Assembly: GCA_016180145.1 (NCBI GenBank)
Contig: JACPBT010000007.1
Span: forward strand, 1 to 27,814
Length of the DNA stretch: 27,814 nt
Source: Candidatus Woesearchaeota archaeon
GTDB taxonomy: Archaea > Nanobdellota > Nanobdellia > Woesearchaeales > UBA10216
Reading direction: 5' to 3'
Position numbers and translations under genes: made by a program. Shown in pieces: positions 10,040-19,700 of this stretch. Numbering within the stretch: position 1 is the first letter of the stretch; each line of letters opens with the position of its first letter. The notes beneath the pieces were generated by a model. That model made no database searches and was not told where the DNA came from. It saw nothing but the letters and a program-made list of their open reading frames with translations.

Positions 10040-11062
10040 TTAAAGTTTTAGAGGCTTATTCCGCACTTCGTCTGCAAAAGGCTCGCTGTCACGGCCATCG
10101 CCATAATCCCTGCGGCGCTTAAAAACATCAGCAGGAACATAACCTGCGGCTGTAAGAAAATTGGCAATGCCCTTAGGGAAGTGGCGCGACAAACTGCCAA
10201 GCGTTGTATTAGCAGCTTCAAACCGCTGCTTAATCTGCACCTGAATTGCCTCACTATTCTGTTGCGCAACCGGTTCAGGACCGTAACCCCCAAGAGCAGC
10301 CCAAAGAGCCTTTACCTCGGCAAATTTTCCTTCCAACGCCCTTTTGCCAACATACATTTCAACCGCAGCGTCAATGGAGTCTGCAACAGGCACAAGCTCA
10401 CTCGTATAAAGATTGAGAAACTCGTTGATTGCCTGAACATGTGCCGTAACAGCGCGCACGTTAGCCACTGAAGGATTATTAAGCAGGCCATACAAGTTAA
10501 AAAGACCTCTCCTCACAAGGCTGTTGTCACTTCCTACCTCAATAGGCAGGCCAAGAAGCCCTGACAATACCAACCCTGACGTGTCAAGGCCATACACATA
10601 ACCGCTTCTTGAATGATTAACCAACGGCAAATTGACTGAAGCTTCCAACGACTGAAGCCTTATCTCAGGCATGTTGTTTTTTTGGATAACATTAAGGTCG
10701 TATTCAGACTCAATTGTTACAGCTGCATTAACAGGAGCATCCTTTCCTCTAAAGACAAGCACAGATGAGCCGTTTTTAGCTTCAATAAGGAAAGGCCCAT
10801 GCAGCTTCGGCTCATACAATCCCCTGCCAAAAAATTCAGGCACAGCCGCCTCAAGAGCAGCAAGGATAACACAACGATGCATAAACGCCCTAACGAGACC
10901 CAGAGAGCGGTAAAGTTCATAGCTTTTCTCATCAAGAGAGAAGCCGGGCAGCCTGACAGGAGAACTGAATGCAAACACGACACGACCATCCACAACTTCC
11001 GAATGGGGATTAAAATCCGCAGGAAGCACAACCTGCCCCGTATTCAATTTGAGCAAATCCAT
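10040..11062 (-). CDS. Hypothetical protein
   Basis: 340-aa ORF with ATG start, co-directional with and closely spaced to its neighbours; no recognisable motif. Confidence 0.6.
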   Translation of the reverse strand: MDLLKLNTGQVVLPADFNPHSEVVDGRVVFAFSSPVRLPGFSLDEKSYELYRSLGLVRAFMHRCVILAALEAAVPEFFGRGLYEPKLHGPFLIEAKNGSSVLVFRGKDAPVNAAVTIESEYDLNVIQKNNMPEIRLQSLEASVNLPLVNHSRSGYVYGLDTSGLVLSGLLGLPIEVGSDNSLVRRGLFNLYGLLNNPSVANVRAVTAHVQAINEFLNLYTSELVPVADSIDAAVEMYVGKRALEGKFAEVKALWAALGGYGPEPVAQQNSEAIQVQIKQRFEAANTTLGSLSRHFPKGIANFLTAAGYVPADVFKRRRDYGDGRDSEPFADEVRNKPLKL

Positions 11063-11096
11063 TGCTTTTAAGCGAGGCAGCGCTACTATTTATTTC

Positions 11097-11864
11097 TTAC
11101 GCCAGCTTAACCAGATTCCCGTTTTTCCTCGCAAGCCTGAAGCAAAAAACGTAAATGGGCCACACAAAAATAAAATAAGCGACAGCAACAATAACCGGCT
11201 TCAACAAGCCTACAGGCGATCCCAAAGCAAGGCCGCGGGCAGCCTCAAAAATATAAGTGAAAGGCATTACAGCAGAGACAAACTGAAGAAAGCCCGGAAA
11301 CACTTCCCTCGGAAAGAAAGGAGCGGAAAGCAGCACAAAAGCCTGCAGGGCAGTCCACGCAAGAAAGCCATACCCCCTTCCCAGAACAACAATCAGCCCG
11401 GTTATCAGCACAGCCAACGCCAGCGAAGTCAAAAGCGTCAAAGCAGAGATTGCAGCCACAACAGGAAACTGCCTTAAAAAGTCCCAACCAGAAAAGAAAG
11501 CCACAGCAGCCATAAGGACAAGAACAGGAACTGAAACAACAGTAGCAGTGAACATCCTCGCAGCAACATACTCAATCTCAGAAACGCCTGACAGGAACAA
11601 CTGCTTCAAGCTGCCTGACCACGCATCCTCCATCATCTGCATGTTAACCGTGCTTTGAGCAACATAGGCAAAATTCCAAAACAGGCTGATAACAAGAACA
11701 AGAAGCCCTGCCTCAAAAGCAAAAGAGCGCGAATAAGAAGCAAAAAACGCCCACATAAGCATGGCTGTAAGCGGAAAATAAAAAATCTCAACCAAGCGCC
11801 ACCTTGAGCGCCTGATGATAAGCAGGTCACGATACGCCAATGCCGAAAGCCTTCCAAAATTCAT
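11097..11864 (-). CDS. ABC-2 type transporter permease
   Basis: About six TM segments and the motif LSAPFFPREVFPGFLQFVSAVMPFTYIFEAAR. ATGA overlap with the ATPase gene. Confidence 0.88.
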   Translation of the reverse strand: MNFGRLSALAYRDLLIIRRSRWRLVEIFYFPLTAMLMWAFFASYSRSFAFEAGLLVLVISLFWNFAYVAQSTVNMQMMEDAWSGSLKQLFLSGVSEIEYVAARMFTATVVSVPVLVLMAAVAFFSGWDFLRQFPVVAAISALTLLTSLALAVLITGLIVVLGRGYGFLAWTALQAFVLLSAPFFPREVFPGFLQFVSAVMPFTYIFEAARGLALGSPVGLLKPVIVAVAYFIFVWPIYVFCFRLARKNGNLVKLA

Positions 11865-12604
11865 TTTTTATTCACCATCTTCACAAAGTAGGAGTCCATG
11901 TCCGGATGCGTTTTCCTTATATCCGAAACTTTCGCAACCTGCATAACCCTCCCCATGTTAATAAACGCAATCCTGCCACAAAGCTGCTCAACCTCACGCA
12001 TATAATGGCTGGTAAGCACAATAGTTGTGCCAAGCTCCCTGTTAATCCGCTTAATCTCCTTCCTAACAGTTATAGCTATGTCCGGGTCAAGACCAAGGGT
12101 TGGCTCATCAAGAAGCAGCAGCTTTGGCCTGTTAATAAGCGCATAAGCAAAAGCAAGGCGCATCTTCTCACCGGTAGAAAGCACATCAAACTTGCTGCCT
12201 GCAACCTTATCCAAGCCAAAAAGCGCCAGCAACTCATCCCTCCTTCGCCTCCGCTCAGAACGTCCAAGACCATACAGCATGCCGCCAAATGTCAGCACAT
12301 CAAACGGAGTAAGCGCCCAGTGAAAACGCTCCTCACCGGAAACATACCCTATACGCTGCACAACCCTGCCACTCCGGACATCACCACCAAAAACAGACAC
12401 GTTCCCGGAATCCGGATAAACCATACCCATTACAACATTCAAAAGAGTTGTCTTACCCGCGCCGTTAGGGCCGAGAATGCCAAACACCTCACCCTCCTCA
12501 ATCTTCAATGAGACATCCTTCAGGGCATAGAACCTCTCCTTCTTCCCGCTCTCACCACGCTTGCCAAACTGCCTCGAAACACCTGAAATGTCAATGATTG
12601 CCAT
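11861..12604 (-). CDS. ABC transporter ATP-binding subunit
   Basis: Walker A GPNGAGKT, signature LSTGEKMR, Walker B LLLLDEPT, H-loop LTSHYM. Confidence 0.95.
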   Translation of the reverse strand: MAIIDISGVSRQFGKRGESGKKERFYALKDVSLKIEEGEVFGILGPNGAGKTTLLNVVMGMVYPDSGNVSVFGGDVRSGRVVQRIGYVSGEERFHWALTPFDVLTFGGMLYGLGRSERRRRRDELLALFGLDKVAGSKFDVLSTGEKMRLAFAYALINRPKLLLLDEPTLGLDPDIAITVRKEIKRINRELGTTIVLTSHYMREVEQLCGRIAFINMGRVMQVAKVSDIRKTHPDMDSYFVKMVNKK

Positions 12605-12695
12605 TACATCAGGAAGCCAAGAGGTGTTTTTAATATTGACGGTTTTCAGAGCGAAAATGTCAAAAACATATCCGGAAAACTTTCAAGACGATAAG

Positions 12696-12718
12696 CACTG
12701 GACACTGGACATGCCGCC
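12696..12718 (+). repeat. Intergenic motif copy 1 (CACTGGA x2 core)
   Basis: cactggacactggacatgc (12696-12714) is the exact reverse complement of 26707-26725; the match extends to 22 of 23 nt. Confidence 0.75.
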
Positions 12719-12754
12719 ACAGGGTATTTAAATCGTGCATTAACAAGGAAAATC

Positions 12755-13078
12755 ATGAATCCGCAAGATTTCATGAAAATTGCCGAAAATTTTACGGAAG
12801 AAAACATAACAGCAGATGAGCCGCACGTTACACTACGCTGCGAAGAAAATAACCTGAACTTAGAAGAAGTTAAACAAACACTACTCGGAAGAGGGCCTGA
12901 ACTCATAAGAGTAATCGAAGACAGGCCAAAAGTGTATAAGCTTTACTATCGCATGAGCAGAAAAACAGAACTAAAAATTATTGCAGACGTGCTTACTTAC
13001 AACAAAGTAAACATCAGGACAATAAAAAAACTAAGCAGGAAATTCCGATTAGGCTCAATTAAAAGACAAAGATTTTAA
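12755..13078 (+). CDS. Putative toxin, DUF4258/RelE-fold-like
   Basis: 107 aa, basic. The pattern PHVTLRCEENNL.LEEVKQTL resembles the DUF4258 H..R..ER motif. Lies directly upstream of a DUF2283-like gene, with a TATA-like TATTTAAA at about 12725. Confidence 0.55.
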   Translation: MNPQDFMKIAENFTEENITADEPHVTLRCEENNLNLEEVKQTLLGRGPELIRVIEDRPKVYKLYYRMSRKTELKIIADVLTYNKVNIRTIKKLSRKFRLGSIKRQRF

Positions 13079-13103
13079 ATAACGCAAAACAACGTGAATT
13101 AAA

Positions 13104-13457
13104 ATGAACATCAAAAAAAAAGGCTTTGTTTGGGACTACAGCAAAAAGTCGGACATACTGAATATTCATAAAGCCGGAAGAAAAGTTGACGGAAGCGCAG
13201 AGTTTGAAGACTTCACTATTGACTTTGACGGAGAAGGGCAAGTGGCAGGCATAGAAATAGCTTATGCTTCTGAATTCCTAAGCGACGCAGGAATACAAAA
13301 AGAGCAGCTTGCAAAAATAAAAGAAGCCGAGATAGCTGTGAACAAGAGAAATAACTATGCAGTGATATGGATTAAGTTAAGCCTGCCAAATCTTTCTGAA
13401 CCGGGAGAAGCTATTGTTGAGAAAAAGGTTACCCTTCCTGTTCCAATAATCAACTGA
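13104..13457 (+). CDS. DUF2283 family protein (putative antitoxin)
   Basis: WDYSKKSDILNI...SAEFEDFTIDFDGEGQVAGIEIAYAS matches the DUF2283 pattern YD...DILY...D.D..G.V.GIEI..AS. Confidence 0.8.
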   Translation: MNIKKKGFVWDYSKKSDILNIHKAGRKVDGSAEFEDFTIDFDGEGQVAGIEIAYASEFLSDAGIQKEQLAKIKEAEIAVNKRNNYAVIWIKLSLPNLSEPGEAIVEKKVTLPVPIIN

Positions 13458-13458
13458 T

Positions 13459-13466
13459 AAAAAAAA
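13459..13466 (-). terminator. Oligo-T terminator of tRNA-iMet
   Basis: A run of 8 T on the minus strand directly after discriminator A73. Confidence 0.55.
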
Positions 13467-13612
13467 TAGCGGGGGCTGGATTTGAACCAACGACTTCCCA
13501 AGATGCAAGCCTTGACTAGCATCTTCTGTGGGTCTCCCAACCAGGAGGTTATGAGCCGTCCGAAGCAACAGGTCACTGCTACACCGGGCACTCCTAGCTG
13601 CCCTACCCCGCT
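13467..13612 (-). tRNA. Initiator tRNA-Met (CAT) with three introns (13581-13558, 13549-13534, 13526/13525-13495); CCA not encoded
   Basis: Spliced sequence: AGCGGGG TA GGGC AGCTAGGAGT GCCC G GTG|GG CT CAT A|A CCCAC A(G)|GTC GTTGG TTCAAAT CCAGC CCCCGCT A. It has an A1:U72 pair, three G-C pairs at 29-31:39-41, and the anticodon at 13551-13553. Each intron forms a BHB-like structure. Confidence 0.9.
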
Positions 13613-13637
13613 ATGACTAACTGGTTTTTTATGAATG

Positions 13638-13650
13638 TTTATAAAGGTTT
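13638..13650 (-). promoter_or_regulatory. BRE/TATA promoter of tRNA-iMet
   Basis: Minus strand AAACC-TTTATAAA, 26 nt upstream of tRNA nucleotide 1. Confidence 0.65.
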
Positions 13651-13773
13651 AGGAAGGGCTGGTGATTTCAAGTTATAGCAACCCGCATTACCCAAAATCC
13701 AAAAAAAGTGATAATTTTATATAGAAACAGCTCCAGAATGACATAAACATGCAACCTTGCGAGGCAATCTAAA

Positions 13774-16700
13774 GTGGCGCGCGCCCTCCTGCTGTTTTTG
13801 GCAATTTCTGCTTTAGCTTTTGCTTTTTCTTCTGTTGACGTTTCTGCTGATTTTGCTTGTGCCAGCAGTTGTAGTGATGGCAGTTCTTCCAGTTTGTGCC
13901 AGGCTTCTGACTTGACTGGAAACTCTTTTGGTGATGGTGAGACTACGTGCACTTATGAGTCTTGCAGCTCGTGCCAGTTTGGCTGTAATGGTGGGGTTTG
14001 TAATGCTGCTCCTTGCAGTCCGAACTGTGTTGGAAAGGTGTGTGGTGAGAATGATGGCTGCGGCGGGAAGTGCGAGACAACAGGATTTGGCCAAAACTGC
14101 GCTTATGGCGGCAACTGCGGTGGTGTTGACAAGTGCGGCCAGTCATGCGGAACGCTGAAGATTGGCGTTCCGGGTGAGTGTGGCACGCCGTTGCCTCCTC
14201 CGCCTCCAGCGCCTGTTGCGCCTTCGTGTTCAGGCTCTGGCGGTTATTGTGGTCCAGGAGGTAGTTCTTGCTGTTCTGGATTGGTTTGTGGTGATGGTGA
14301 TTACTGTCAGGAGGCTGCTTACTGTGGGAATAGTGTTTGTGAGGCTGGTGAGTCGTGCTCTAACTGCCAGAGTGATTGTGGTAGTTGTTGCAGTCCTGTT
14401 AGTGGAGGCTGGAGTGCGTGGACGTCATGCAGCAAATCTTGCGGCGGCGGGTCACAAACAAGAACTTGTAATAATCCGGTTCCTTCTTGCGGCGGCTCTG
14501 GTTGTGTAGGTGAGCCTTCAAAGTTGTGCAATACGCAGGCGTGCGCGCCTTCGTGCATTAGTGAAGGAGGAGACTGCGAAGCTACAAGCTGCTGTTCAGG
14601 ATTGACATGCGTTTCCAGCGCTGACGGAACAGTTAACACCTGCAAAAAGTCAGCGGTTACATGCACTGCTTCAGCGTGGAGCTGCTCAGGATTTCCCAAG
14701 GAATGCCCTGCAAGCGGCGTGATGAAACAAACATGCACATTAATTGATTCAACATGCACAGCCCCTGACAATGCCAAACCGATAACATCCAAATCATGCA
14801 CACCCCCTGTCAAGGAGGAATGTGGCGGCTCCGGACAAAAGTGCTGCTCTGGTAACACGTGCAGCGCTGGTTTGAAGTGTGATTCTTTACTGGTTGGCGG
14901 CTTGGTTGTGGGTGGGGTTTGTAAGGCTCCTGTATCGTGCAGTTCTGTTGCTGGTGGTTGGAGTGCGTGGACGTCATGCAGCAAGCCGTGTGGTGGCGGA
15001 ACGCAGACGAGGAGCTGCACTAACCCAGTCCCATCATGCGGCGGCACAAGCTGCACTGGTGACTCCTTAAAGTCATGTAATACGCAGGCGTGCGCGCCTT
15101 CGTGTGTTGCTGATGGCGGTGACTGCGAAGCTACAAGCTGCTGTTCAGGACTGACATGCGTTTCCAGCGCTGACGGAACAGTTAATATTTGCAAGAAGCC
15201 TGCTTCTGTTTGCACTGCTTCTGCGTGGAGTTGTTCCGGGTTTCCGAAGGAATGCCCTGCAAGTGGCGTGATGATTCAGTCATGCACGCTGATTGATTCT
15301 TCCTGCACTACTCCTGACAATGTCAAACCGATAACATCCAAATCATGCACACCCCCTGTTAAGGAGGAATGTGGCGGTTCTGGCCAGAAGTGCTGTTCTG
15401 GCAACACGTGCAGTTCTGGTTTGAAGTGTGATGCGTTGCCTGTCGGCGGGGTGATTGTTGGAGGAATTTGTAAGGTTCCTGTTGCTGATTGTCTGGATGT
15501 GGATGGTGACGGTTTTGGGAAAGGCTGTAGTAAAGGAGAAGATTGCAGTGATATTGATGCGTCAAGGTGGCAGGTTTTGAATGGCTATGTTGACAATGAC
15601 GGCGATGGCTACGGCACAGGCTCTCCGGTGCCTGTATGTTCTGGCGCTTCTTTGCCTTTAGGCTATTCGGTGAAGGGTGGTGATTGTGATGATTTTAATG
15701 CTAAACTGGCTGCTGATTGTCCGGTTGCTGTTGTTCCTTTTGTTCCCCCTGTTATTTCTGCTGTTGCTGTTGTTAATCTTGGCAGCGCTTCTTCTGCTGA
15801 GGGTTTTATGAGCCTTATTAGCGGGAGGATTGTGTTGGGGATGGGCTGGATTACAGGCAGGGCTGTGTTGGCTGCTCCTTCAGCTTCAGGCTCTGTTTCA
15901 GACGCGTATGAGCTTTCCTTCACGCTTGACCCTCTACCAACCAAGGATTATTATGTTTTGTTGCAGTATAGGAAGAAAGATACCTCAACATGGGGTGATT
16001 TTGGGCAGGCTGTTGCCATTGAGAAAATTGACAGCAAATTCATAAACGGCAACACTGTGAAGTTCCAGATAAAGCCGTCATGGTTCATCAAGGAGGCTGG
16101 CGTTTACGAGTTTCGCATAGTCGGGGCTGTTTTCCCTCCCAGCTCTGCGAAGTTCGACTCTGAAAGCAGGCCGTATGCTGAGTTGAGGCTGGAATCTGCT
16201 GGGGACGCAACCGCAGCGTCTAAGCCTGACCTGGTTATTGAGAGCGTGACGTTTGAGGAGGATGAAACTACTCATATAATTGCCAATGTGGTCTGGAAGA
16301 ATCTTGGGGCTGCAATTCCTGCTGATTCGCCATTTGGTTTGAGCGTTATTGATCCTCCCGGGCCTGCAACTTTTGTTAGGCCGGACTTTAGCGGGTTTAG
16401 TCAATTACTGCTGAGTGCTAAACTTTACGGCAAAATTTACGGCAAAAAGGTTACTTTCCTGATTGATTTTGACAACAGGTTTGACGAATCTGACGAAAGC
16501 AACAACAAGTTTGAAGCAGTTATGAAACTTGACGCTGCTGATTCTGCTGCGGCGGATGCCCTTGATGTTCCCGCTACCGTTTTTGCTGGCGAGAATATCA
16601 AGATTAGCATTAAGAACGGTTTGATTAAGGCTGACACTAGACTCTTCAGTGGTGTTGGTCCCATACTTCCCTTTTATGGCGAATGCGGTAGCAATCCTTG

Positions 16701-19700
16701 CGCTTTTGCAGTCCCTACTAAAAATGCTGATGCAGGCAAAACTATCTTCTTTGCTCTTGACGGCAGCGACTGGACGTATACTCTGGAAAAGGGCAAGGAT
16801 TTGCAGGTTCCAGCCTTCCCGGGCAAGGTTTTCAGCCTGCTGAGCGTTAATTATGACAAAGGAACTGCTCGGATAAGCATTGACGGCGTGGCTGATGATT
16901 TTCCTTTAAGCAATATGGTTGTAAGCGGCGATGTTGCGTTAAAATACCAGTCAGGCAATAGTGAAGCAGTGCATGTAACCATTTTCAAGGTAAAGCCTGT
17001 AACTGTTGTCCTTCCTTCAAATTCAAATGTGTGCCCAAAGCCTGTCGTGAAGAGCTGTGTCCTGAATCAGAAGACTGAGAAGGTTGATATTGTGGTTGAT
17101 TACAGCCCGAACATAAGAGACGTTAGTTATAATATCCTCTTCTGCGATTCTTCAGGCCAAAACTGCTTTTACAAAGGGTTTAGTGGAAAAGACGCTGTAG
17201 AATCTGAAGGTGGTGCAGTAATCACCACTAATGAAGCTGTCGGCTATACGTTTTATAATTCACTTTCTTCAGGACAATTCCAGCTTGACAAGACAAGGAT
17301 GAGGGTATCTTCATCAGACTCGTGCACTGCGCCAGGCGAGCCAAGCGAGCCTTTCGAGTGCGCGGTTAACAAGTGCGAGGGCTCCATCCCTTCAACGCAG
17401 TTCGACCAGAACGGGGATGGAGTTGTTGACTTTGCGGACATTGGGTTGTGTGGGAGGCAGCTTGGAGGGCCTGCTGCTGATGAAAAGTCCAGAAGCTGCG
17501 ACTTTGATGGCAACTGCGTGCTAGACGGCAAAGATGCTGCGCTGCATTACAGAGCCCTAGATAAAAAGAGCGTGGACGGGGTTCTTGAATCGCCCAACAT
17601 CAGGAGCGTTGAGTTTGACAGGAAGGTGTTTAAGGGAGACAAAGCAAAAATAAAGGTTGATTTGGTTGGGAAAGAGTTGAACCACATGTTCGTGGTCTCA
17701 AATGCCGGGATTGAACTTGTTGACTGCGGCCACAAAGAAACGTGCTCGGCGGACATTGAGTTTCCAACAGAAAACGTTGACATCCTGAAATTTGCAATAA
17801 TACCTACAGACTTAAGTGTACCTGCGCATTCATGGTTCTTTCCCGGGAAACTTATATGGTCTGGTTCTGAGGAGTCCAAGTTTGCCGCGCCGCGTTTAGC
17901 GAGCGGCGATCCTGACGCAGGTAAAAATATCGAACTTTCTGTCGTGAGTGTAGAACCTCATGCTGTTAACGTTCTTCTTAACGGAAAAGCCATCAGGCTT
18001 ATGGGCGGACAACCGTACTATGATAATGGAATTCTGATGGATCCTCGATTCTTCTCGCTTGATGTGGTGAACATTTATGTGGCTGAGGACAAGGACCTTC
18101 ACACCATAGAGGTGCTTCCGCCTCCAAAGCTTGCTGTTTCTCCTCCAAAAGGCCTTCCCAGCACTGTGTTTTCCTTAAAGGTGGATGCTGGCGCTCCAAA
18201 GCTGCCGGTTCTTGTTTTTGCCAACCGCGTTGGCAGCAAAAAAGGGAAACTTTCGCCACCGGAGCGGCCCATCGTGCTTTACGATGACGGCAGCCATAAT
18301 GATGAGGAAAATAATGATGGCGTATACGGCGCCAAGTGGGATTCGGCAGGCATGCCCGCAGGCATCTACTCCTTTGATTTAAGTGTTGGACTGCACTCGT
18401 TTGAGAATAACGCGCAGGCTGTAGTAAGCGTGCCTGACTCGGATTGCATTCCTATTGTTAAGGGCGGGGATTCTTCAAACGCTATTGACCTTGTTTTCGT
18501 GCCCAACCATTACAGTGCCGGTGAGCTTGACAGATTTGCATCAGATGTTTTGCCAAAGCATTACGGGATTATTCTTTCAGAGCAGCCGTTCGCCTCCTTT
18601 AAGAACCGATTTAATGTGTGGTACTTGAGAAATGCCGAACCTTTTGACTGTTCTTATTCAAAAGCTGGTGATTGCTCGGAACATTTCAAGAAGCAGGTTT
18701 CATCAGCCTGCGCTTTTTACGATAAGGTTCTGGTCATTGACAAGAATTCACTGGTTGAAGCAGGCGGCTATAGCTTCGGAATGGCAGGTAATTTCCAGGT
18801 TACCGGAGAAAGCTCAATGGCTAACTCTGAGGGCAGGACGCTTCACGAGTTCGGACACACTTTCGCAGGACTGGCTGACGAGTATGATGCCCCAAAGCGG
18901 GCATCTGACACTAAGGCTCCTAACTGTGATGTGACAGGCTGTTCAAAGTGGTGCGGCAAAGATGACAAACTTGCTGTCCCGAAATGCTTTGAGCTTAAAG
19001 ACAAGGCTTCCTGCGAGGCGAAGAAATATCATTACAGCTTTACGATTGAAGGGGCTGTTGGAAAGAGTGCTGATTATGGTTGTGTTTGGCGTGAGAAGGA
19101 CAGCGTCTGCGCTTTTCCCCATCTGGCTGATGTGAGCTTTGCTTCAAGCTGTGAGTCAGGAGCATCCTGCTATTACGGGTGCGGAGGGTATGGCGGTTTC
19201 CGCTCTTCAAAGTACAGCATTATGGGCGATGCGGCAGTGTCTGACTTTAACGACCTTTCCAAGCGGCACATTGAAAGTATTCTGAAATGCTGTTACTCTG
19301 CGCCTTCGTCAGATGCTGACAGGGCGGCTTGTCACGAGTGGAACAATAAGAATGGTGGAAAGTTTTCAAGCTGCGTTGCAGACATCCCTGAAGTAAAGGC
19401 TTCCCCTGCCACAGACTGCCTTGCTGTTAAAGGAACGCTTAAAATCAGCAAGAGTGAAAAGCTGTGCAACAGCATCTACGCTTCGTCCGGCGGTGCTGCA
19501 CCGCAGATACTGGTCTCTGGAAATGATATAGTGTTTGATTGCAATGGCGCATCGCTTAAAGGCGGCGGCTCTGGTGCTGCAATTGCGATTGAGAAATCAA
19601 GCAATGTTGAGGTAAGGAATTGCAAGGCTTCCGGTTATAAGTTCGGGCTTTACGCCAAAGACTCCAAAAATGTGAGGGTTCTGGACAGCGACTTTTCAGG

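Noticed and set aside
3359-12511. Many 60-220 aa plus-strand ORFs opposite the minus-strand genes
   Set aside because: Same strand-bias artefact: N/K/R/Q-rich, with no motifs and no promoters.
1-13466. Possible att site or integrated element at the tRNA 3' end
   Set aside because: I saw no second copy of the tRNA 3' end and no integrase or transposase in the window. This was checked by eye only.
13355-13591. Track ORFs overlapping the tRNA locus
   Set aside because: The sequence is fully explained by the intron-containing tRNA and the DUF2283 gene on the other strand.
14319-15215. 298-aa minus-strand ORF with internal repeats
   Set aside because: Antisense mirror of the Cys-rich repeats in the giant gene.
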